A stretch of DNA of 63,901 nucleotides, counting the filler, from Chrysochromulina tobinii (Eukaryota): the NCBI GenBank assembly GCA_001275005.1. It is 11 parts of 11 records of this genome, joined end to end, with 100 filler letters (N's around TTAATTAATTAA, not from the genome) between each part and the next. Parts side by side here need not be neighbours in the genome. Positions count along the whole stretch, not along the records: positions 1 to 15,112 come from JWZX01000119.1; 10 more parts are not named here. The stretch is one strand, 5' to 3'. The translations under genes were made by a program, and so were the position numbers. How positions within the stretch are numbered: position 1 is the first letter of the stretch; every line of letters begins with the position of its first letter. The notes under the pieces were generated by a model, which was given only the letters and a program-made list of their open reading frames with translations, was not told the DNA's origin and made no database searches. Below, piece after piece: positions 1-11,090 of the stretch.

Positions 1-3000
1 GGCGATGAGGGCGGCGGTGGCGAGGGCGAGGGCGGCGGCGGTGAGGGCGAGGGCGGCGGCGGGCTGGGCGGCGGTGGTGAGGGAGGGCGCGACGGCGGGC
101 GCGCCGGTGGAGACGGAGGTCGAGGCGGAGCAGGAGGAGGTGAGGGCTCGGGGGGCGAGGGGGAGGGCGGAGGCGGAAGCTGCGGTGGGGGTGCCGGGCA
201 AGGTGAGACTACGCCAATGAGGCTGGTGAGGATCATGTCGAAGGAGCAGGCGGTGCCGACAATGTCGACCCAGACATTGTTGTTCCCATTGTTGTATATT
301 TGGGATCTGATGAATGCGACGCTGCCTGAATATGCGACAGAGACGCCACCGCCATTGTAGGCTGTGTTCCCACTGATGGAGCACGATGAGATGGTCATTG
401 TGGCTCCCTGGTTAGCGACACCGCCACCCGCATAGCCAGCTGTGTTCCCACTGATGGTGCACGATGAGATGGTCATGGTCAATATGCTTCCATGGGACAC
501 AGGATTGACAGCAACACCGCCGCCAAGTGCCCAGTTATAACTTCCAGGATACGAAAGTCTAGCTGTATTCCCGTAGATCGAAGAAGACGTTATCGTGACC
601 GTGCCGGAAGAGACATAGACACCGCCTCCAGAGCAAGCTGTGTTCCCCCTGATGGTGCACGATGAGATGGTCACTGAGCCACCCAAGACTAAGACACCGC
701 CTCCCCCGGCTGCTGTGTTCCCACTGATCGTGCACGATGAGATGGTCACTGCGCCATCCCCGACGGCGACACCGCCTCCCTACAAACAACGAGAAAAACG
801 TGAGTCTCCCATGGGGGCGATGGGAAGTTTTCAAGGTCTCTGTGGCACATACCCCCTGTAGTTGACCGAAGCATTCGCATTTGTGCAAGCGTGAGTCAAG
901 GCAAGCACGTCAGCAACTTTCCCTTCGGGGCGATGGGAACTTTTTCAGTTTCAGGCGCAGATAGCACGTACTCCATACTGTGGTAGTTCGAGGCAGCACC
1001 CATCATAAAAGATGAGAATCGAATGGACATGTCAACAAGGCATTTTCCCATTGGGGCGATGGGAACTTTTGAGCCTGAGTGCGCACATTTGAAACTGAGT
1101 TCCCACTGATGGTGCACGATGAGATGGCCACGGTGCCACCCTGGACAAAGACACCGCCACCCTGCAAACAACGAGCAAAACGTGAGTCTCCCATGGGGGC
1201 CATGGGAACTTTTCAAGGTCTCTGTGGCACGCACATCCTATAGTTGACCGAAGCGTTCACAGTTGTGCAAGCGTGAGTCAGGGAAAGCACGTCAGCAATT
1301 TCCCATCGGGGCGATGGGGTAATCACACATGGGGTGTACCATGGGTGATTTCAGGGTAGCGCTTTCTCGAGGACCATTTGGAGCACTCACATGTCTGTCA
1401 TCAGCTCGACCTCCCGTGATGTTGAGCCCGATGATTTGCACGACGCCGGACGACCCTGGGTTGACGTTCAGCATACGGAACGCATTGCGACCATTCAGCA
1501 CGACTGAGGCCGCCACCATCGCCTCAATGACGATGCTCCTGGTGATGCTGAGCTCGCCGTTGAGGAAGTAGGTGCCGGGTGCAAGGACCATGTGGCCAAC
1601 GGCTGTGTTGGCGAGTGCACTGGTCAGGCCAGCGACGGTGCCCACCAACGTGGCCCCCATCGCTACCGGTGGAAACGGCGGCGACGGCGGAGGAAAAGGC
1701 GGCAGAGGAGAAGGAGAAGGTGGTGGTGGCGAGGGGGGTGGCTGGGCATGCTGCAGCTCACGGCGGTGGCTGGGCACGAGGGGCGTTGGGTGTGGAATCC
1801 AAACGGGCGGAGGTGGTGGAATGGACGGTCGTGGCATGGGCGGGTACGGCGACGGCCACGGTGACGGTGGTGTGGTCCGAGGTGGCATCGGGCCAGAGTC
1901 CGGAGGGTACAGGGACGGCGTGGGTGGGGGCATCAGTCGGGGTGGCGAGGGCGGCCAGGGTGGCAAGGGCTGAGGCCGTGACCGTGGGGTCGGCGACGCG
2001 GATGAGGGCGGCAAAGAAGTTTGCGGGAACGAAGGGGCTGTCACGAGGCTGCTGCCTGCAGAGGTGCTGGATATGCTGGTCAGGCTGGGGACGACGCCGG
2101 CCTGGGCCTGCTGCGCACGTTGGTGACTGGGCGCATGCTGGACTGCGTGCTTCCCAGTAAGAGGGTGGTCGCTCGTTTCGGCGTCGGCCAAGACCGTCAT
2201 GCCCGAGGGGACAGGCGGGGGAGGCGGACACGTGCCACACGCGACTGGGCAAGTGGAGCGTGCAATGGAATAGGAAGCGCAAACAGAGGGCAGTGCTGAG
2301 AAGTAGGAGCACGGCATGGGTGCGCCGCTTAAGTCAAAGGCGCCGCTGTTCACATCATCGGCGCATGGAGTTGGCGAAGGCGGCCGCGGTGGCGGCATTT
2401 GCGCTGACTCTGCCCCATGTGCACCAGTCCCATCGGGTGGTGCCGTCATTGCCAGGGCGCTCACCCCAGGGATGATGAGGGCAAGCAAGGCCAATTTGAC
2501 CCACTCGTTACGGTAGGAGCGATTGTTCTTCGACCAAATCACAAAGCGCGTGTTCCGGCCGGACCGTTCCTGCTCCGAGCAAACTGCATAGACGAGCAAC
2601 CCGAGGCTGAGCAGCACGAATGCGCCGTCGACGCACTCCACCCACTGTAAAGGCACACCGTTCTTTGTCGCTTCTTCTTCGACGGGGTCGCTGCCCGCTG
2701 TGTCATCGTACGGGAACGAGTACTTGACGTCGGCGTTCCAGAGCTTGCTCTCGATGAAGAGCTCCGCAAGTGCGATCTCAGAGACCTGGCGCGCCCCCTT
2801 GCGCAGCCCGTCGTCGGCCGTCATCGAGTTACGCCCGGCGCAAGTCCACGCGGCGCCACGGCAGATGGCGCACAAGTCCAGGAAGGAGTTGCCAGCCAGG
2901 TTGCGGTGGAGGCCAGTGCCGTCAACCGTGGTGGATAGGTACGGGCACGATACCATATCCGAGCATGCAATGTTGGAGGTGGAGAAGCATGAATTCGAGC

Positions 3001-4300
3001 AGATGTTTAGTGGTGGGTTGGGCGCCGCATGCACTGCTGGTGACCGTGCAGGCGGCGACGGCATGGAGACGCGCGGGCCACCGCTGATGCAGTCGGTGAC
3101 GTAGGCGTACTTTGCGAACTTGAAGCCAGGGTCGCCGCACAAGATGCCGCCGGCGATGAGGCAGTTGTTCATGCAGACCATGGCAGGGGAATGTGGCGCC
3201 GGCGGTGGCGGCGACGCGGTGTGCACGCCGCAGTCGACACACTCCGTGCTCAACGTGCACATCGGGAACTCGGAGCCGGGGCTGCCGTCGTCGAAATCGG
3301 CGTTGGAGGCGGAGAAGCTCGTGTTCGTGCAGATGCCAGGCGGTAGGGTGGGCTCCGGAGGTGAAACAGGTGGGCTGGATGTCAGAGGTGGCAACATGGG
3401 GCGCACGCCGCCGCAGTCGATGATGTAGGCGCACTTTGCGAACTCGGAGCCAGGGTCGCCGCCGTCGTCGCTGCACGAGCTGTCGGCGATGAGGCAGTTG
3501 TTCATGCAGACCATGGCGGGGGAATGTGGCGCCGGCGGTTGCGGCGCGCAGTCGACGCACTCCGTGCCGAGCGTGCACATCGGGAACTCGGAGCCGGGGC
3601 TGCCGTCGACGTCGCAATCGTCGCAATCGTCGGTGGAGGAGAACACACAAGTGTCCAACGAGAAGAAGGACAGCGGTGAGGGTGAAGTTGCGCCGAGGAA
3701 AGGCTGACGGCTTCCCCGTAGGAGCACCTTATCCCCGTCAAAGGGTGTAGAGGTCGCGCTCTCGGCGCACATGCCCAAGGAGACGGCGACGAGCGGATAG
3801 ATAAGAGGGAAGCCCTCAATCGCTGCAGGCATCGCAGCAGTCCAAACGGTCGTAGAGGAGGGACGTGGCCACGTACGTACTCGTTGAGGGTCGTCAAAGG
3901 GCGATAGAGATTTCCAAACAAGGTCTGGGGATGCCACCGATGAGGTCACTTGTACATATGAGGGCTTGCCTTGTGATTGCTGAGCGCAGGCACGAGGAAC
4001 GTGTCTCAGCTGGGGCAGGGCGTTGGAGCTGCAGTGGGCTGCGAGTGTGGCAGGTGGTGACGTGTGTGTGGTGGGTGCGGTGAAGATGAAGGTGTAGCAG
4101 AGGCGCTGGGGATGCAGCATGATGAAGCTGTGCTCTCGCTGAGGTGGTGCTACATGCACGGGTGAGTGCAGGCAGGGGTACACCCAGGGAGAGGCGCGGC
4201 GATGAGCACGCGCACGCGCTGGGCTCGGTGGCAGTGGGCGCGCTGGCGGACGGGATGAGCATCGTGCCGACGCGCCGCGCCTACAGAGCCGGTGCTTCAA
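1..4300 (-). CDS. Large Pro/Cys-rich surface protein with Pmp-like parallel beta-helix repeats; spliced, start codon uncertain, 3' end runs off the window
   Basis: Exons 4300(or ATG 3832)-1391, 1161-1087 and 779-<1; GT-AG introns 1390-1162 and 1086-780. Spliced product has repeated GGGVxVxxGxVTISSCTISGNTA units, CxxxCxxxxDxxCDDGxPGSEFxxC repeats, two hydrophobic segments, an ShKT-like CPVACGTC motif, HRRELQ and poly-Pro linkers. Confidence 0.7.
807..1350. repeat. Intronic array of five palindromic TTCCCATCGGGGCGATGGGAA-type repeats plus one further hairpin
   Basis: Copies at 807-826, 919-939, 1045-1065, 1189-1208 and 1299-1318; hairpin AATCACACATGG..CCATGGGTGATT at 1321-1350; 780-940 is a diverged duplicate of 1162-1320. 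Confidence 0.9.
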
Positions 4301-5256
4301 GCATGATCTTGAACGAGTCCGACTCCATCTCCGTCAGCGACGCCCGTCGCCAGTGGCGATAAGACAAGTGCATGAGGAGGATCATGCCCTGTCGAGGCTG
4401 CGGTGGTGCTCGCTGTGGCTGCCATGGCGCCGATGATCAGGCCGGAGCCGACGGCGCTGCACTCGATGGTGAGTGGGTCGAGCAGTGCGCCGACGGGGCC
4501 GCAGCCTCGAGGACGACCGCGCCCGGCTCACAACAGGCACAGGTTCACAGGCACAGGCTTCGCGCCGCGCGTGACGGCGGCTGGTCACGTGCTGTCGACG
4601 TTGCGCCTGCCGGTCGTGGCGGAGATGTCGAGGGCGCGCATGCCGTCGAGCCCGCCCGCTCGCAGCTGCGGCTGCCTGCACCGGGGGAGCAACGGGAAAG
4701 CCGTCAGCAAAACTGGCGAGGCGGCGCGTTCGCACGTGCCGATGGCCAGCGCAAGTTGCGTCGCGCGCAGAGGCCGGAGCGCGTCTCGGCGGGCACGTAG
4801 TTAGGGCAGGCGCGGTAGCGGAGGGCGCGCGTGCGCCTGCAGCATGTGCACCGGTCTCTCGCGTGCGCGCACAGCGGCAGGGCCGACCGAAAGCAGCGCG
4901 CGTGGCTGCCTGCAGGGCCGGGGGCACACCTGCGGTGGGTTGGTGTCCCTGGACTCGAAGAGGTTGGTGACGAAGTTGATCGCGGGGTGGATCGTCTTGC
5001 CCGCGCTCTAGTGCCGCGGCGCGTGTATTGTGATGGGTGCGATTGGGTGATGTGCGCGCGGAGTGGAGTGTGTGGCGGGGCTTTTGTGTTGATCTTGCGT
5101 GGCGGCTGGGAGTAGAGGGCGGGACTCGGGCGGAGATCGTACCTCGAACTGGAGCGGAGATTGCACCTCGAACTGAAGGATGTTGACCTCCTGTTCGTCG
5201 AACGCCGCCGGCAAGGCGACGACGAGTGGTAATGCGACGATCAGAAGGCGCAGCAT
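4300..5256 (-). other. Possible spliced or degenerate gene for a secreted protein
   Basis: Signal-peptide-like MLRLLIVALPLVVALPAA from ATG 5256; plausible AG/GT-bounded exon 5007-4930 (SAGKTIHPAINFVTNLFESRDTNPPQ); downstream frame not resolved. Confidence 0.3.
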
Positions 5257-5663
5257 GGTCTCGAGGCTCTCGGGTTTGGTGTCTTCTAGTCTCAGGATGT
5301 AGTCTGCGTAGGAAGGCGTGCAGGCGGGTAGCGCGCGATGAGTCGCACGACATCGATCGCAGGCGTGCGGCCACTGGGTTGGCTCGCGCGCGTGCGCGCT
5401 CAGTGCAGTCGCTTGGCGTGGGCGTGCCCAGCGCAGTTGCTCGCCGCGGGCGCAGCGCGGCTGGCGCCAATCACGGCACTGGGCATGGGAGCGCGCGATG
5501 ATCATGCGCATCAGCGCTCGGAGCCAGGCAGACGGAAAACTATGCACACGCCAGAAACAGGCAGAGGGTCCGAGAGCGCACAAGCCGTGAGCGTTGTCCA
5601 GGCAGTGCTGCGCAAGAGCAATCGCAAGAGCCAAAACTTCTCCCATTTTGGGCAATTTTCGAA

Positions 5664-6477
5664 CTAGAATTTACGATCGAAAGCATGCGTGAGGTTGCCG
5701 AGGCCCTCATCGAGCGCAGCGAGCATGCCAGCGTACACGCGGCGCGTCGGGTCGCCAATGTGCCCAAACGGCTTCACATAGCGATCGGGCGCCTCCATAG
5801 GCTCATGAACTGACTGCCAAGCAATGTACACGAAGAGAGGCGCGTCACCCAGCTGCCAGCCCCGAACGAGAGACTGAGCACGCACGCGCCGTGTAAACCT
5901 TTGTCGAGTACTCTCCCGCGTGGGCCGCCTAGCAGTTGTTGCAAGGAGAAGGCGAGCCCGCGGCATTCCCGAAGAAGCCGCACAGATGCCAGTCACAAAA
6001 GCCACCGGCACCGTGACGTTCCCGCCTAGGTAGCCAACGTATGAGTCGAAGCCACGCCCCCACGGGCACCACGACTCGTTCACGTTGCCGAGGTGCCACT
6101 TGCCGATCATGTGTGTCTGGTAGCGCCTTGAAGGGCATGGGCATGATGGGCAGCGACACTGGCAGGCACGATGGCTCAAATGGGCCAACGAGAATGTGCT
6201 CGCTGCCGGTGTGGATGGAATAGCGGCCCGACATGAGCGAGGCGCGCGCAAGGGGCGCGCGTCGGCGTGCAAAAGGGTGCACGTAATAGTTGGAGAAGGT
6301 GAGGCCGCGCGGCGCCGCGCGGTCGTCAATGGTGGGCGTGAGGACGTCGGGCTTGCGGCCGAGCTGCTTGATGCGGAGTAGGAACCCCAATCGTCGGCGT
6401 ACGTCGGCGAGGATCATGAACACGTGGTGGAGGAATGACGGATGAGGTGTTGATCGGTGTGCCTTAGCGGCCGACAT
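5664..6477 (-). pseudogene. Arylsulfatase (ARSB-like) pseudogene, frameshifted and truncated
   Basis: Motifs split across frames: FMILAD, TPTID, SNYYVHPF-(C)TPTRA-SLMSGRY, HMIGKWHLG, RGFDSYVGYLGG, PLFVYIAWQSVHEP, RRVYAGMLAALDEGLGNL; C-terminal half missing. Confidence 0.8.
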
Positions 6478-6601
6478 CGCGTGCCGTCCGTCCCCTGGTG
6501 CGTTCTCATGAGCGTTTGTTACGTGTTAGAAATCACACACGCGCATCACACGCAGTATACTCGCAGTATTCACACTGCTCCTTCACTCGGGGAGGCGAAA
6601 G

Positions 6602-7766
6602 ATGCGCTTCGTCGGCCTTCTTGCCCTCGCGGGCCTCGCTGCCGGCGGTCCGTTTACGCCGGCGCTCCCGCAGCAGCAGCAGCAATGCTCCAGCCATCAG
6701 AGCGCAGCGGAAAATCTCTGGTGCCGGCTACGCGGCGGCGGAGCCTGCTTCGACTGCACGCCGCCCGCGCCGGTGGTGCCGCCAACGCTCCTGAGCACAG
6801 TCAAAACCTGGCATCCCGTTCTGCTCGCCTTACTCGGCACCAGCTTCGGCTGGTTCATGACGGCGCTCGGCTCCGCGGCGACGGTCATCCATAAACTGGG
6901 CCTCTCCGAGACCACTTACCGCAAGGTGCTCGACTTCATGCTCGGCATCAGCGGTGGAGTGATGACGGCCGCGTCGTACTGGTCGCTGCTCGCGCCTGCG
7001 CTCGACTTTGCGGAGCTGCAGGGCTGGGGCCAGCTCTCGTTCGTTCCCGTGGCGCTCGGCTTCCTCTCGGGCGGTGCGCTGCTGCAGGGCACGGACTGGT
7101 GGCTATCGCGCATGCAGGGCAGCCTCGAGGATATGGATCTGTACCAAGGGCTGGCGGTCACGGGCGACGACGCGGCGTCCAAGGGCGCGCGCATCTCGCA
7201 GCTGCGCCGGCTCCTCCTCCTGATCCTCGCGATCACCATCCACAACTTCCCAGAGGGTATGGCGGTCGGCGTCGCCTTTGGCGCCATCGGCTCGGCGCCC
7301 GGCGCGACCTTTGGCTCGGCCGCCACGCTCGCCCTCGGCATCGGCATCCAAAACTTCCCCGAGGGCCTCGCCGTCTCGATGCCGCTCATGCGGCAGGGCG
7401 TCTCACCGCTCAAGTCGTTCTGGTACGGCCAGCTCAGCGGCATGGTCGAGCCGATCGGCGGCGTGCTCGGCGCAGCCTTCGTGCACTACTGCCGCCCGAT
7501 GCTCCCATACACGATGTCACTGGCCGCGGGCGCGATGATCTTCGTCGTGTGCGACTCTCTCGTGCCCGAGATGCAGGCGCGCCCGCCCGCTAAGCACCCA
7601 AGGCCGCCGGCCGCCTGCGCGCTGCTGCTGCTGCCTGCGCTGCTCCTGACGAAACCCCTTGAGTGTCGCCGCGCAAACACAGGCACACGGAAACAAAGGG
7701 CTCGCCATGCAGGGCCTGATGCTCGGCTTCGTCATTATGATGGTGCTCGATGTTGCCCTCGGGTGA
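6602..7766 (+). CDS. ZIP-family (ZIP11/GufA-like) zinc transporter; exons 6602-7576 and 7683-7766
   Basis: ITIHNFPEGMAVG and IQNFPEGLAVS signatures, multiple TM helices; removing GC-AG intron 7577-7682 restores the C-terminus GLMLGFVIMMVLDVALG*. Confidence 0.9.
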
Positions 7767-8246
7767 GCGACCGCGAGCGTGTGGGCGCGTGCGAGGCCGA
7801 GCATGGCGAGGGCCGCTCGGCGCGGGGGGAGTGCGGAGGGGGCGTCAGGGTGTGGGCGATGGAGAATGTGTAGAGTTAGACGGTGCGGTGAAGTACAGAC
7901 GAGAGTCGAGCAGTTAGTAGTACTACTAAACTACCCGACGACTCACTCACCAAATTTGTCACTCACAATTGCTCACTCAGTGACAGATGGACCTGTGACA
8001 GGGATTTCGACGTGTACTCGAGCAGTGCTTTCAGCTTTGCAATCGCTCATCACACGAGTACACAAGGTTCCGTCGGCCCCGACCCCCGTTAATTAAACGT
8101 AATTAAACCGGTATGAAAATGCAAGTTTGCGAAACGACCGAAAGTGCAAAGTCGTGGTGATGTCGAACCACGTGTGGTTGCGTCCGGGTTTCACCTCGTG
8201 CGACGTGGCGAGAGAGGTCGCCGCCGCAGTGATTGAGGAGGGCACC

Positions 8247-9464
8247 ATGAGTAGCTTACTGGCCTGCAAATACTATGCCCAAGGTTATTGCCAGTTCGGC
8301 ACACATTGCCATTACGCGCACGATGACTGGACCGCGGAGAAGCGAGTGGCAACATCACACAGCGCTTCTGCTGCATGCATGACTGCACTGCGTACCAAGA
8401 GTAGACTACCGGTTTGCAAGTATTTTGCCCAAGGCCATTGCCATTTCGGTGCGCATTGTCGATTTGCTCACGATCCTACAGTTGCGCAGGATTCCGATGC
8501 CTTAAAGCAAGCCGAGCCGGCCAAAAAGAAGTCTCGCACCTTGCTCTTCAGTGGCGCCGAACCTCCAGCCGCCGCCGCCGTGACGAAAGCTGCCAGCAGT
8601 ATCAGTGTGGCCTCAAGCACGGTGCCGACTCCGCGACAAGGTGCTGCCAGCAGTATCAGTGTGGCCTCAAGCACGGTGCCGACTCCGCGACATGGTGCTG
8701 CCAGCAGTATCAGTGTGGCCTCAAGCACGGTGCCGACTCCGCGACAAGTCCATCGCTGCTGCGGGAGCCAGTGCCCAAACGACGCCGGAACGAGGTGTTC
8801 ACATCACCGCTGCGGCAAATGCTGCTCGGATCTCAGCTTACGTCTCGGTATGGGTTGCGCAGAGCACAGGCAGAGGCGGCTCATTGATTTCGGCCGCGAG
8901 GAAATCATCGACGAGCTTGGTCTGGCCCATGGGCATTTCGACGAAGAATACGACTTTATGTATGAGGGCGACGTGTCGAGCGGCTCGCGCAAGCGCATGC
9001 GCGGTGGTGAGGAATTCATCTGGCCTGCTGGCTGGAGGAAGCTTGCACTCTGTGTCACCAAAAGGTATCATTCTAACGATCGAGATGGCAATCCATGGCT
9101 CGATCGCGATCAGGGATGGCCAGTTGCGTTTCACGGCACATCGGGCAGCCATGTCCGAGGCATCAGGGATATCGTGTGCAATGGATTTCTTCCCCGCGGA
9201 GGAGAGAGCACGCCACGCAACGGCGAGATCTTCGGAGTGGGCATCTACTGCACGCCCGATCCTAAATTTGCCGCCAAGTACGCTTCGAACGAGCCGCTGG
9301 TCACGTCGAGCGGTCTGAAGCTCGAGATCGTGTTCCAGGTGCGCGTGCGCCCAGGGGGATACGAAGAGCACGCGCATAAGCACGGACGTTGTTGGGTGAT
9401 AAAGCGCAAGGAAGACATTCGGCCGTGTGGCATTCTGCTGCGCGAGGTGCGTGGCGCGAGGTAG
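8247..9464 (+). CDS. Two CCCH zinc fingers + Cys-rich segment + C-terminal ADP-ribosyltransferase (NEURL4-C/PARP-like) domain
   Basis: CKYYAQGYCQFGTHCHYAH and CKYFAQGHCHFGAHCRFAH; PAGW..WPVAFHGT..GVGIYCTP..YA..FQVRVRPG..DIRPCGILL; good-context ATG at 8247. Confidence 0.8.
   Translation: MSSLLACKYYAQGYCQFGTHCHYAHDDWTAEKRVATSHSASAACMTALRTKSRLPVCKYFAQGHCHFGAHCRFAHDPTVAQDSDALKQAEPAKKKSRTLLFSGAEPPAAAAVTKAASSISVASSTVPTPRQGAASSISVASSTVPTPRHGAASSISVASSTVPTPRQVHRCCGSQCPNDAGTRCSHHRCGKCCSDLSLRLGMGCAEHRQRRLIDFGREEIIDELGLAHGHFDEEYDFMYEGDVSSGSRKRMRGGEEFIWPAGWRKLALCVTKRYHSNDRDGNPWLDRDQGWPVAFHGTSGSHVRGIRDIVCNGFLPRGGESTPRNGEIFGVGIYCTPDPKFAAKYASNEPLVTSSGLKLEIVFQVRVRPGGYEEHAHKHGRCWVIKRKEDIRPCGILLREVRGAR
8589..8748 (+). 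repeat. Three near-identical 54-nt in-frame tandem repeats (AASSISVASSTVPTPRxG)
   Basis: Copies start at 8589, 8643 and 8697. Confidence 0.95.
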
Positions 9465-9729
9465 CTGGTACGGAATTTCCCTGCCGGGAGTCACTCTTCA
9501 GTCACAGTCTTCTTCCGCGGTCCTGCCTCGGGTTGGCGGGTTGTTAGCGGGGCGAGCTCCCGGGTGCTGGCCCTGATGGGTTGAATGGAAGGGTGATGAT
9601 GTGAGTCAGCAATGAATATAAAACATCGCGCGCAGTGTCCATCCACTCCACAGTCAGTCAGTCCAGGACGCCGTCTCTATCTCGTGACTCTCTATCTCTC
9701 AGATTCTCAGAATGGAAGGTCCACCCGTG

Positions 9730-10940
9730 TTAATCCTTGGACGAGGAGCGCACCACATTCCTCGTGACGAACTCCTGCGTGACGCCGGTTGCCATGGGCG
9801 TGACGCCCACTCGCCAACCGCCGTTGTCGTACGGCACCTCCTGCTCGGGGCGCGGCTTGCCCAGAGGAGCTAGCGCCTCTTTACTTAAGGCTCCTGAGAA
9901 GTCCACCCGGGCCTTGCCGCCGATGCGCTGGTAAAACGAGCCCGCGTTGGCCGAGCCCTGGCCGCCGCCCAGCTCCTGGTACGCCTCCTGCACCTTGTGC
10001 ATCTGCTCGCTCGCTTTGGCGGCGCCTGCCTCATCGCCGATGAACATGTCCGGGTGCAGCTGCTGCATAAACTTGCGGTGCGCCATCTTGATCTCCTTCA
10101 TGCTCGCGCCAGACTCGATGCCGAGCGTCCTCGCCGCATCCGCGCGCCGCTCCGACCGCCCTTGCAAGCCCTGCGAACATTCCGAGCACGCGCACGCACG
10201 ATCAGGCGTCACGAGTCCCGAATCAGGTTGGCAATCAAGAGTCGAGTACGTGCGCACGATCAGGCATCGGCATCTCGAGCGGCGAGGCGGTCGCTCACCT
10301 CGTAGACATGCTTCTCAAATGAGTCGAGAGACTCGAATGCGTATTCGATGGTCTCTCGTGGCACCTTCCGCAGCGACGGGAAGGCCTGGCAGCCGCCTTC
10401 GAGGATCTCCTTGACACTCGCGCCCACTGCGCTGGGCACCAAAGAATTTGGGTTTGCGCCGCCACTGCAGGCAAACGCGAGGAGCGCTACAGGGACCCAG
10501 TCGCAAAACTCTTTGGCATCAGGCGCCGCCGAACGAATGGTGACCGCGTACTTCGTGACTGAAACACGGCTGTCCGCTTCAACATCCGTGGCAGCCGCTG
10601 GAGATGCGGCCGCCTCGTCGCCGTCTAGCAGCTCCTCACCCTCGGCCTTGTTTTGCATGTTCTTGAGCACTTCGATATCGTCGTACGCCTGCATCGCCTT
10701 CTTTAGCAGCTGCTCAGGCGTGGGACCGGAGGCTACTGCAAGCGAGGAGCCAGCTTTGCCAAAACCACTGCCAGCAGCACCAGCCGCCTTGGCCTTTGCC
10801 GCCGGCTTCTTCACGGCGAGCACGATCGCCGGCAGCCGGCACGTGTGCTGCTGCACGCGCAGGCCGACGGACGCGTGATATGGCGTGCTCGGTGGCACGA
10901 TCACGAGCAGCAACAGCGCTGTGTTTGAGACACGCCTCAT
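9730..10940 (-). CDS. DnaJ-domain protein, probably plastid-targeted; exons 10940-10299 and 10170-9730
   Basis: Hydrophobic leader followed by a basic, Ala-rich transit-like segment; GT-AG intron 10298-10171 joins in frame to a J domain (LGIESGASMKEIKMAHRKFMQQLHPD). Confidence 0.8.
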
Positions 10941-11090
10941 CAGAATTGTCGACTTGCGGCAGAGCACCGCGACGTCGTTACCTGCGGCCTCCCGCGGTGA
11001 TTCGACTCTCCAACTTTGAGATCACCGCGCACACTTTTAGTCGACAGGCACCTCTCTCCTCTTCTCTCTGGTGTATGGTATCTGGTCTCG

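Noticed and set aside
807..1318. Palindromic repeat-spacer array read as a CRISPR
   Set aside because: Spacers are 90-125 nt, partly duplicated, and one contains a spliced exon; eukaryotic context with no cas genes.
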